DNA from: Candidatus Nitrosopumilus brisbanensis
Lineage (GTDB): Archaea; Thermoproteota; Nitrososphaeria; Nitrososphaerales; Nitrosopumilaceae
Length of the DNA: 64,000 nucleotides
Reading direction: 5' to 3'
NCBI GenBank assembly: GCA_038152885.1
Contig: JAYOXR010000001.1
Span: 5,273 to 69,272, forward strand
The translations under genes were made by a program, and so were the position numbers. Shown piece by piece: positions 29,401 to 36,714 of the stretch (the first letter of the stretch is position 1; the number at the start of each line of letters is the position of its first letter). The notes under the pieces are model-generated. The model had not been told where the DNA came from. It made no database searches and was given only the letters and a program-made list of their open reading frames with translations.

Positions 29401-29727
29401 GAACATACAAAAGAATTCTTTGAAGAAAAATTGGGAACAATTGATGTTGTTCATAAAATTTCAGAACCTCAAAGAAAACCAAACATTGCTGATTTACTTT
29501 ATGAGCGAAAAATTGATTTTATAATTAATATTCCTAGTACCTCAACATTGGAAAAATATGTTGGTATGCTAGAAGATGAATATCAAATTAGAAGAAAATC
29601 CTTAGAGTTAGGAATTCCAGTATTAACTACCATTGAGTTAGCAGATTCATTTGTAAAGACATTAGAGTGGTTAAGAACAAATGAAACTACAAAAAATCCT
29701 ATAGAATCATATGATGATTATTCTTAA
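26485..29727 (+). CDS. carB: carbamoyl-phosphate synthase large subunit
   Basis: 1080 aa with two ATP-grasp halves, an oligomerisation domain and an MGS-like C-terminal domain. The TTG start lies immediately after the carA TAA. Confidence 0.97.
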   Translation: MPKNESLNKILVLGSGAIKIGEAGEFDYSGSQCLKAIHEDGIKSVLINPNIATIQTDTRFADQVYLLPVTPQYVESIIEKERPDGIMLAYGGQTALNCGVKLEENNVLQKYGVKVLGTQVKGIQRTEDRQLFKDSMTEVGVPVLKSRTVTNFEDAKKTAEELSYPVIIRVAYTLGGRGGGVAYNEIELHEIVERGLRASLVGQVLIEEYIGHWKQIEYEVMQDYDGNNVIVCNMENVLSMKVHTGDNIVVAPSQTIDNHEYHMLRSAALRATKHVGIVGECNIQYALDSDSDRYVAIEINPRLSRSSALASKATGYPLAYMSAKIGLGYNLSELVNRITKSTTACFEPSLDYIVCKHPRWDFSKFELVNRRLGPTMKSVGEVMAVGRTFEESFQKAIRMLDIGNDGLVLNRSNGQTFTEEEIEFKLSHHDDQILYNVAIALKMGISVQRIYQLSSIDPWFIEKIKNIVDTQKQLEDSELDESLLRSAKKQGFSDKQIARAKNTTPDDVRSMRKKHGIVPAVKQIDTLAAEWPAVTNYLYLTYGGNSNDVQISDDEKGITVLGAGPYRIGSSVEFDWGTVNMVWGLQENGEKNVSVVNCNPETVSTDYDICSRLYFEELTEERILDIIDFENPKGIITCVGGQTANNLTPSLSKHGVKILGTSAHDVDRAEDRSKFSAELDKLHIKQPLWQAFSNLSEAKSFADTVGFPVIVRPSYVLSGAAMKVVWSQDELKTYVKEATDVSPDHPVVISKFMLNSLEVDVDGVSNGKEVVIGAIVEHIDSAGVHSGDAMMCIPPWRLSNKIIETITEYTKKIALTFNVKGPFNLQFLIHDDHVYVIELNIRASRSMPFVSKFVKTNLISLASKAILDKPLPKIPENKWQKIHNYGIKVPQFSFMQLEGADIALGVEMQSTGEAACFGDSFYDALSKGLTSVGFNLPDKGTAVVTVGGSANKEKLLPSIAKLKELGFQILATEHTKEFFEEKLGTIDVVHKISEPQRKPNIADLLYERKIDFIINIPSTSTLEKYVGMLEDEYQIRRKSLELGIPVLTTIELADSFVKTLEWLRTNETTKNPIESYDDYS

Positions 29728-29728
29728 T

Positions 29729-30478
29729 TTACAAAACCTGTTTGATTATTGATTCATCTCCCAAAATAACTCCATCTAGAGAAACAATTTTTGCAGATAA
29801 AATTTCTGCACGATTTATTATTGGGGAAATTGATTTTTTATAATTTCTTTTATGAGTTGCATAAAAGTATCTATTAAAAGATGGAATGATAATGACTTCT
29901 AATTCGCCTGACGATGATGGAAAAATATTTTCTTTTTTTATTTTCATTGATACCCATACTCTTTGACCATTCATAATTGACTCTTCTTGAAAAAATACTG
30001 GATGAACATGTCCCATGATAATTTTTTCCACTTGAGAAAAATTTTCAGTCGGCATTGTATGTCCATGTGTAAAAAGAATATTTTCATCAATCATACCAAT
30101 CGAACTAATCGTTGTAATATTATCTGGAATTAGTTTCTCCAAATTTCCATCATGATTGCCTGGAACCGTGATGATGTCACATTTCTCACTAATTTTTTTA
30201 AAAAATAGTGGTACTTCGTCCCATTCGTTTTTTGAAATAACTTTTACGCTTGATTTTATATCTCCAAGCAAAATAAGTGAATCTGGTTTTTCATCATCAA
30301 TTAATGATTCGACTTCCTCAATTGTCTGATGAATTGATGAATTCTTTCCAAGAAATATTTCATTTGATTGCATGGAACTTTCAAATCCAATGTGCAGATC
30401 TGTGATTACAAGATATTTTTTTAGTCCCTCTAAAATCAGTGCGGGTTTTGATGGAACTATTCTTGTCTGCAACATCAA
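29729..30478 (-). CDS. calcineurin-like metallophosphoesterase (SbcD/Mre11-related archaeal type)
   Basis: 249 aa with DLHIG, LGDIKSS, GNHDG, HGH and GHVH motifs in canonical order. Confidence 0.75.
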   Translation of the reverse strand: MMLQTRIVPSKPALILEGLKKYLVITDLHIGFESSMQSNEIFLGKNSSIHQTIEEVESLIDDEKPDSLILLGDIKSSVKVISKNEWDEVPLFFKKISEKCDIITVPGNHDGNLEKLIPDNITTISSIGMIDENILFTHGHTMPTENFSQVEKIIMGHVHPVFFQEESIMNGQRVWVSMKIKKENIFPSSSGELEVIIIPSFNRYFYATHKRNYKKSISPIINRAEILSAKIVSLDGVILGDESIIKQVL

Positions 30479-30509
30479 AGTTATTTTGAGGTTAAGTGAT
30501 TAAATTCTT

Positions 30510-30833
30510 GTGAAGTCTGATTCTGAAAAAATTGAGTTCATGGTATCTGAAAAACGAGTAAAGTTACATGTTTTTGAACCAAGCATGACAAAGATCTGGA
30601 CTGTTGTTGGTAAAGGAGAAGAACACTGGATAGACCCTGATTCGATTTATTGCTCATGTCCTGGATTCTATTTTGGAAAATTAAATGGAAAAGATTACTG
30701 TTATCATTTAGATTCTGCCAAAATCGCAATTGAGACAAACCAATTTGAAAAAATCACATTTTCTGATGATGAATTTGAAAATTTCATATCTGCATTAATT
30801 TCTGATCTTAAGGGAAACTTTCGAATCCATTAA
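30510..30833 (+). CDS. SWIM zinc-finger protein
   Basis: 107 aa with GTG start. CSCPGFYFGKLNGKDYCYH matches the CxCx(n)CxH SWIM signature. Confidence 0.65.
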   Translation: MKSDSEKIEFMVSEKRVKLHVFEPSMTKIWTVVGKGEEHWIDPDSIYCSCPGFYFGKLNGKDYCYHLDSAKIAIETNQFEKITFSDDEFENFISALISDLKGNFRIH

Positions 30834-30848
30834 TAACTAGAATAATCT

Positions 30849-31109
30849 ATGATGTCTATGGATGAAAATACTCAAAACATAGAGATTGAAAAAATTGCTA
30901 ATTTGATGATTCATGATGGAGTTTCTCCTGATGAGCAAGATGATTCTGTATTGGAAAAATACAAGAACATGATAAAATCTGATTGTAATTTAGATGATGA
31001 ATCAGCTATGAAACTTGTTTATGAAACTCTACTTTATAGAAAATTAAAAAATTCAGATTCTGGCGATTTGTTAGATAAAGGCTCTGAGTTTGGTGCAGGA
31101 TTTAGTTAG
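30849..31109 (+). CDS. hypothetical acidic protein
   Basis: 86-aa ORF with no motif. Confidence 0.35.
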   Translation: MMSMDENTQNIEIEKIANLMIHDGVSPDEQDDSVLEKYKNMIKSDCNLDDESAMKLVYETLLYRKLKNSDSGDLLDKGSEFGAGFS

Positions 31110-31111
31110 AA

Positions 31112-31411
31112 TTATCCGAGAGGGATAGATTCAATGTCATCCTTTGAAACTCCTTTCCACAAACCAATCATTCCTTCTGGTTCAACTTGTTCAACTTTTG
31201 TGATTTGCTGAATTTTGATTTGATCTGGATTTGGAGGCATCCACAACATTGCCATATAATCTCCAACATTTCCAACTTTAGTTGGTAGTGCCATTGTGAT
31301 TTTATCTGCAGAAAATCCCTTTGCAGTCAAAGCATTGGTTGCTTTTTCTTTAAGATCCATTCTACCATGCAAAAAGAGAAAAACATCTTTTTGTGTATCT
31401 ATTTCTGACAT
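31112..31411 (-). CDS. hypothetical protein
   Basis: 99-aa ORF with no motif. Confidence 0.4.
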   Translation of the reverse strand: MSEIDTQKDVFLFLHGRMDLKEKATNALTAKGFSADKITMALPTKVGNVGDYMAMLWMPPNPDQIKIQQITKVEQVEPEGMIGLWKGVSKDDIESIPLG

Positions 31412-31496
31412 GTTTTATCTAAATTTCTAAACTAAATCAATCTTTCCAGATCTATCTCTCCAAAAAGGGTTAAATTGGTAATAACGGGAATTTTTC

Positions 31497-31793
31497 TTGA
31501 TGAAGATCTTCACTGTTGGAAGCAAATCTTTTGTAACTAGTTTTCAATTAGCAGGCGTTCCTGGAAAAATTGTAGATTCACCAAAAAATGCCCTCTCTGA
31601 AATTCAAAAATTAACTGATGACTCAGATGTTGGACTTGTTTTGGTAAGTGATGATATTTCTGAACCAATCAATGATCAATTGACACAATTAAGAGCTCAA
31701 AAATCAACTCTTGTATTTGCATTACCTGCAACTGGTAGTGAAAAAAGTGAAGTAGACTATAGAGTAATGCTCAAAAAGATTCTCGGTGTCTAA
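31497..31793 (+). CDS. atpF: A/V-type ATP synthase subunit F
   Basis: About 97 aa. ATG 31500 is likely the true start. MKIFTVGSKSFVTSFQLAGV ... VGLVLVSDDISE ... LVFALP matches the subunit F pattern. No other ATPase genes are nearby. Confidence 0.65.
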   Translation: MMKIFTVGSKSFVTSFQLAGVPGKIVDSPKNALSEIQKLTDDSDVGLVLVSDDISEPINDQLTQLRAQKSTLVFALPATGSEKSEVDYRVMLKKILGV

Positions 31794-31833
31794 ATTTTTA
31801 ATCTACTTATATTCAATTCAAACGTAAATTTGT

Positions 31834-32862
31834 ATGAAAACTGCTTTTGTCAAAGAGCCATCTGTAATCTCTGTATCTGATTCACAACCTCCTGAATTAT
31901 CCTCTGGTGAAATTTTAGTTCAAATGCATGCATGTGGAATATGTGGTTCAGACTTGGAAAAAGTATTTGGTGAATATGGTCAACCATCTATGCGTTTAGG
32001 ACATGAACCTGCAGGAGTAGTAATTGATGTTGCAAATGATGTTACTGATTTTAAAAAGGGTGATCGTGTTTTTACACATCATCATGTTCCGTGTTATGAT
32101 TGCCATTTTTGCAATCATGGAAACGAAACAATGTGTAAAAAATACTATGAAACAAATCTCTCCCCATGTGGACTATCTGAACAGTATGTAGTTCCAGCAT
32201 GGAATGTGTCTCATGGTGGAGTTTTAAAAATTGCTGAATCAACATCTTTTGAAGCCGCAGCAATGATTGAACCTCTTGCATGCTGTGTTAGAGCATGGAC
32301 CAAATTCAATTACCAAAGTGGAGATAGTGTTGCTATTTTTGGAGTTGGTCCCACCGGAATGATGCATGTTAAAATTGCACAAGCAAAAAAATTCTCTAAA
32401 ATATTTTGTTTTGATGTAAATGATTTTCGATTAGATTTTGCAAAAAAACTCAATATCACAGAATCAATTAATTCTATGGATGAAAAGAGATTTGAAAAAA
32501 TTTCACAACACACAAATGAAATCGGTGTAGATGTTGCGATTGTTGCAACAAGTAGTCTGAAACCACTTGAAGATGCAATTGAAATGGTAAGAAAAGGTGG
32601 CTCTATTATGATGTTTGGTGTTCCTTCTAAAGGTGCAAAAATTAATCTTGATATGAGTAAAATTTATTCAAAAGAAATTACTTTGGTTACAAGTTATGCT
32701 GCATCTGACTCTGATACTAAAGAAGCACTAAATTTGATTGAATCAAAACAAATTGATGTTGAATCCTTAATCACTCACAAATACTCTATAATGGATACTC
32801 AAAAGGCATTTGAACATGCTAGAACTGGAGAGGGTGCCATGAAAATTATCATTACTAAATGA
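31834..32862 (+). CDS. zinc-dependent medium-chain dehydrogenase (threonine/sorbitol dehydrogenase-like)
   Basis: 342 aa with GICGSDLE and GHEPAGVV, a structural-zinc Cys cluster CYDCHFCNHGNETMC and the Rossmann motif IFGVGPTG. Confidence 0.8.
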   Translation: MKTAFVKEPSVISVSDSQPPELSSGEILVQMHACGICGSDLEKVFGEYGQPSMRLGHEPAGVVIDVANDVTDFKKGDRVFTHHHVPCYDCHFCNHGNETMCKKYYETNLSPCGLSEQYVVPAWNVSHGGVLKIAESTSFEAAAMIEPLACCVRAWTKFNYQSGDSVAIFGVGPTGMMHVKIAQAKKFSKIFCFDVNDFRLDFAKKLNITESINSMDEKRFEKISQHTNEIGVDVAIVATSSLKPLEDAIEMVRKGGSIMMFGVPSKGAKINLDMSKIYSKEITLVTSYAASDSDTKEALNLIESKQIDVESLITHKYSIMDTQKAFEHARTGEGAMKIIITK

Positions 32863-32897
32863 GAAAGGCTTAAGAAAGGTATTTTCAAACCGCCCAC

Positions 32898-33908
32898 ATG
32901 GATTGGGGATTAAAAAATAGATTATCTAGTATTATCAAACCACACAATAACCGTGCTTTAATGTTAGCAGTTGATCATGGTTATTTTCTTGGACCAACTG
33001 AGAAATTAGAAAATCCAAAAAAAGTAATTGCCCCTCTTTTGAAATATTGTGACTCTTTAATGCTAACTAGAGGTGTTCAAAGAACCTCTGTTGCACCTGA
33101 AACAAATACTCCTATGGTACTTCGAGTGTCTGGCGGTTCAAGTATTATTGGAGATGACCTCTCACAAGAAGACATTACAGTATCCATTCAGGACGCAATT
33201 AGACTTAATGCAAGTGCATTAGCAATGTCTATCTTTGTTGGCTCAAAATATGAATATCAAACAGTTGTGAATTTGGGAAAATTAGTTAGTGAGGCAGAAT
33301 CTTATGGAATTCCTGTATTAGCTGTTACTGCGGTTGGAAAAGAATTAGGAAAAGATGCTAGATATCTTTCACTTGCATGTAGAATGGCAGCAGAACAAGG
33401 TGCCCATATTGTAAAAACTTACTATTGTGAAAACTTTGAAAAAGTTGTTCAATCATGTCCAGTTCCAATTATTGTTGCTGGTGGTAAAAAAATTCCTGAA
33501 CGTGATGCTTTGCAATTAACATACAATGCAATCAAAGGTGGTGCTGTTGGTGTTGATATGGGAAGAAACATTTGGCAATCTGATCATCCAGTAGCAATGA
33601 TTCGTGCAGTTAGAGCAATTGTTCATGGAAATGCAAATGTCGATCAAGCCTTTAAAATTTACAAACAACTCATTAATGAAGAATCTAAAAACAAAAAGAA
33701 TTCTAACAAACAAAACAAAAAACCAAACAACAATCCTAACAAGAATAACAAACCTAACAACAAACAAAAAAAATCAAACAACAATCCTAAAAAAAATAAC
33801 AATAAACCAAACACTCAAAACAAAAAACCAAACAACAATCCTAATAAGAGTAACAAACCAAACACTCAAAACAAAAAACCAAACAACCAAAAACCCAATT
33901 CTAAATAA
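32898..33908 (+). CDS. class I aldolase of the DhnA/FbaB family (possibly ADH synthase of the archaeal shikimate route) with 74-aa Asn/Lys/Pro tail
   Basis: The LAVDHGYFLGP start, the IVKTYY Schiff-base-lysine region and the VAGG...GAVGVDMGRNIWQ pattern fit this family. Residues 263-336 contain only N, K, P, S, Q and T. Confidence 0.6.
   Translation: MDWGLKNRLSSIIKPHNNRALMLAVDHGYFLGPTEKLENPKKVIAPLLKYCDSLMLTRGVQRTSVAPETNTPMVLRVSGGSSIIGDDLSQEDITVSIQDAIRLNASALAMSIFVGSKYEYQTVVNLGKLVSEAESYGIPVLAVTAVGKELGKDARYLSLACRMAAEQGAHIVKTYYCENFEKVVQSCPVPIIVAGGKKIPERDALQLTYNAIKGGAVGVDMGRNIWQSDHPVAMIRAVRAIVHGNANVDQAFKIYKQLINEESKNKKNSNKQNKKPNNNPNKNNKPNNKQKKSNNNPKKNNNKPNTQNKKPNNNPNKSNKPNTQNKKPNNQKPNSK
33684..33905 (+). 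repeat. A/C-rich degenerate tandem coding repeat (Asn/Lys/Pro tail)
   Basis: The motif aacaaaaaaccaaacaacaatcctaa(c/t)aag occurs at about 33711 and 33821. The motif aaaccaaacactcaaaacaaaaaaccaaacaac occurs twice, at about 33806 and 33856. There is almost no G for over 200 nt. Confidence 0.85.
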
Positions 33909-33913
33909 AATAT

Positions 33914-34315
33914 CTAGTCTGTTCTAGATAGATGGAAATGTGCTATCTTCCATTCTGGAGTTTTTACTAATACAAATGAGGCCCGTCCATGAATTTCCAT
34001 ATGTTCACCAGTGTATGTTCTATTGTCAACCAACATTCCTTTTTGAATTAATTCCATTGCTACAATTGCCATATCATCAAAAATACTGATTTTTGGATTC
34101 TTTATCTGGTAACTGTAATCCGAAATACTGACAAATCGTAATTCTTCTAATTCAATTGTTGTCTGGAAATCTTTTAGATCAAATGGTGGCAAATCACTAA
34201 AACTAGAAAATTTTGGATCATTCAAATGAATTTCTCTTAATATCCCAGTATCTTTTGAAATACCTGCCTCAAACAGTGATTCAATAACTCTGATAATTTC
34301 TTCATTATCTGACAT
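33914..34315 (-). CDS. NTF2/SnoaL-like fold protein
   Basis: 133 aa. The pattern of an N-terminal helix, a cone of beta strands and a terminal W.I.H.H is recognised by eye only. Confidence 0.4.
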   Translation of the reverse strand: MSDNEEIIRVIESLFEAGISKDTGILREIHLNDPKFSSFSDLPPFDLKDFQTTIELEELRFVSISDYSYQIKNPKISIFDDMAIVAMELIQKGMLVDNRTYTGEHMEIHGRASFVLVKTPEWKIAHFHLSRTD

Positions 34316-34427
34316 GTTTAATCAAATCCGTTAGATTCTAAGTTTAAGTCTTATGAGATTAATCATAGTGTCAAAAGTTTGATAGAGAATCTTTATTAAT
34401 CAAAATTTGGTTATTTTTTTGATTTCA

Positions 34428-34475
34428 ATGAATAAAAGATTACCAAAAAATTGTGAGTTGTTATTACTCCTTTAG
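34428..34475 (+). promoter_or_regulatory. candidate leader-peptide uORF MNKRLPKNCELLLLL* upstream of ilvB-ilvN-leuA-leuB
   Basis: ATG at 34428 opens 15 sense codons, the last five being Leu (TTG TTA TTA CTC CTT), followed by TAG at 34473-34475, 57 nt before the ilvB ATG. A TATA-like TTTATTAA sits at 34392-34399, about 30 nt upstream. Confidence 0.35.
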
Positions 34476-34531
34476 ATTAGTCACTAAACTATAACACATT
34501 AAAATTATGGAAAAAAATTTGGTGAAATAAT

Positions 34532-36220
34532 ATGGAAACAATGACAGGCGCCAAAGCGCTCATGACTGCAATGGAAAAAGAAGGTGTAAAACAGGTATTT
34601 GGATTACCTGGCGGTGCAAATCTTCCAATGTATGATGAATTTGCAAGATGTAATATTCGTCATATTCTTGTTAGACATGAACAATCAGCTGCACATATGG
34701 CTGATGGATTTGGTAGAGTTAGTAGAAAACCTGGAGTCTGTTTTGCAACCTCAGGTCCTGGCGCAACAAATATTCTAACTGGTATTGCAACAGCACAAGC
34801 TGATTCTGCTCCCATGGTGGCAATTACTGGACAAGTTCCTGTCGCAATGATTGGAAGAGATGCTTTTCAAGAGAGTGATATTATTGGAATGGCAAATCCT
34901 TGTGTCAAGTACGCATTTCAACCAAGAACTGCTCAAGAAATTCCAAGTGTAGTGAAAAAGGGTTTCTATATTGCAGAGACTGGAAGACCTGGACCTGTAT
35001 TGATTGACATTCCAAAAGATGTCCAACAAAATGAGGCTCCTATGGAATTTCCAGAAATTTTTAAAATTCGAGGATATCACCCTTATTCTGATCCTGATAT
35101 CGTAAATGTTGAAAGAGCTATCGATATGCTTCTCTCTTCCCAGAGACCAGTTATTTTAGCTGGTGGTGGAACCATTATCTCTTCAGCTTTTGCTGAATTA
35201 CAAGCAATTGCTGAAACATTAATGCTTCCAGTAGTTACAACATTCAAGGGAAAGGGCGCATTTCCTGAAACTCATCCATTATCTCTAGGTCCAATTGGAA
35301 TGCACGGTCATGCTGAAGCAAATAAAATTATGTCTGAAGCTGATTGTGTTTTGGCAATTGGTACACGTTTTTCAGATAGGTCTGTAGGAACCTTTGAAGA
35401 ATTTGAAAAGAATCTGAAAATTATTCACATGGACGTTGATCCTGCAGAAATTGGAAAGAATCAAACTACTCAAGTTGCAGTTATTGGTGATGTCAAAGTT
35501 TCACTGAGAGTTATGGTAAAATTATTACTTCAAAAAGCAATTAAAAAAACAGAAGAAAATGAATGGGTGAAACATGTTAAAGAAACAAGAAATTATTGGC
35601 GAGAAAATCTAAAACTCCATCCTGGTGAAATGGGTGCTGCAAAATTATTAAGAAAATTAAGAGAACTTTTACCAAAGGAATCTATCATTACAACAGAAGT
35701 TGGACAACACCAAATGTGGGCATCATTATTTTATGATGTAATTCAACCTGGAACATTCTTTAGTTCTACTGGATTAGGTACAATGGGTTGGGGATTCCCA
35801 GCAGCAATCGGTGCTAAAGTTGCACGACCCGACGTACCTGTCGTAGATATTGCAGGTGATGGTAGTTTTTCAATGACTGAGAATTCTCTTGCTACTGCTG
35901 TTTTAGAAGACATCCCTGTCATTGTATTTTTACTAAATAATTTCACATTGGGAATGGTTGCTCAATGGCAAAGAACATTTTATGATAGAAGAATGATTGG
36001 TGTTGATCAAGGAAAATGTCCTGACTATGTGAAATTAGCACAATCGTATGGTGCTCAAGGAATTCGTGCACAATCAATGGATGAATTAGATAAAGCAATC
36101 AAAGATGCTCTTAGCAGTGATGTTGCAACTGTAATTGATATTCCAATTGATCCTGAAGAAGACGTATTGCCTTTTGTTGCACCTGGAACTTCATTAAAGG
36201 ACATGATTTTACCATCATAG
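34532..36220 (+). CDS. ilvB: acetolactate synthase, large (catalytic) subunit
   Basis: 562 aa with the ThDP enzyme pattern (GLPGGANLP, HEQSAAHMADGF, GDGSFSMT...LNN). Confidence 0.93.
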   Translation: METMTGAKALMTAMEKEGVKQVFGLPGGANLPMYDEFARCNIRHILVRHEQSAAHMADGFGRVSRKPGVCFATSGPGATNILTGIATAQADSAPMVAITGQVPVAMIGRDAFQESDIIGMANPCVKYAFQPRTAQEIPSVVKKGFYIAETGRPGPVLIDIPKDVQQNEAPMEFPEIFKIRGYHPYSDPDIVNVERAIDMLLSSQRPVILAGGGTIISSAFAELQAIAETLMLPVVTTFKGKGAFPETHPLSLGPIGMHGHAEANKIMSEADCVLAIGTRFSDRSVGTFEEFEKNLKIIHMDVDPAEIGKNQTTQVAVIGDVKVSLRVMVKLLLQKAIKKTEENEWVKHVKETRNYWRENLKLHPGEMGAAKLLRKLRELLPKESIITTEVGQHQMWASLFYDVIQPGTFFSSTGLGTMGWGFPAAIGAKVARPDVPVVDIAGDGSFSMTENSLATAVLEDIPVIVFLLNNFTLGMVAQWQRTFYDRRMIGVDQGKCPDYVKLAQSYGAQGIRAQSMDELDKAIKDALSSDVATVIDIPIDPEEDVLPFVAPGTSLKDMILPS

Positions 36221-36714
36221 TGATAAAGATGTGGGCAATTCTTTCAATTCTTGTAGAAAATAAACCGGGAATTTTATTTCAAGTTACACACTTGTTTAGA
36301 TCTAGAAATTTCAATATTGATAGTATCTCTGTAGGGGTAACAGAGAATCCTGAATTATCAAAAATGACCATTACCACAATTGGTGATGAAAAACAAATAG
36401 ATCAAATTGTAAAACAACTCGATAAAATGATTGATACTGTAAAAGTTGAGCGTTTAGATGAGCACAAATCTGTATTTAGAGAACTTAGTATTTTTAAGAT
36501 AAAGATACGTAATGCTAATGATAGTATGGAAATTAACAAACTGGCAAATGCCTATGGGGGAAAAGTTCATGATGTTAAAAAAGACTCAATTATGGTTGAA
36601 TTAACTGCAACCCCTGATCAAATTAAAGCATTTGAAGAATTGGCTAAACCATTTGGAATTATTGATGTTGCACGTACTGGTGTTGCAGCATTACAAAGAA
36701 GTGGTGCAGATTGA
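36220..36714 (+). CDS. ilvN: acetolactate synthase, small (regulatory) subunit
   Basis: 164 aa from GTG, which overlaps the ilvB TAG. ATG 36229 is an alternative start. It has the ACT domain ILVENKPGILFQVTHLFRSRNFNIDSISVG. Confidence 0.9.
   Translation: MIKMWAILSILVENKPGILFQVTHLFRSRNFNIDSISVGVTENPELSKMTITTIGDEKQIDQIVKQLDKMIDTVKVERLDEHKSVFRELSIFKIKIRNANDSMEINKLANAYGGKVHDVKKDSIMVELTATPDQIKAFEELAKPFGIIDVARTGVAALQRSGAD

Noticed and set aside
33516-33927. ORFs 33516-33767 (minus) and 33604-33927 (plus) overlapping the aldolase 3' region.
   Set aside because: They are alternative readings of the A/C-rich low-complexity repeat. They have no independent start context and overlap a well-supported gene.
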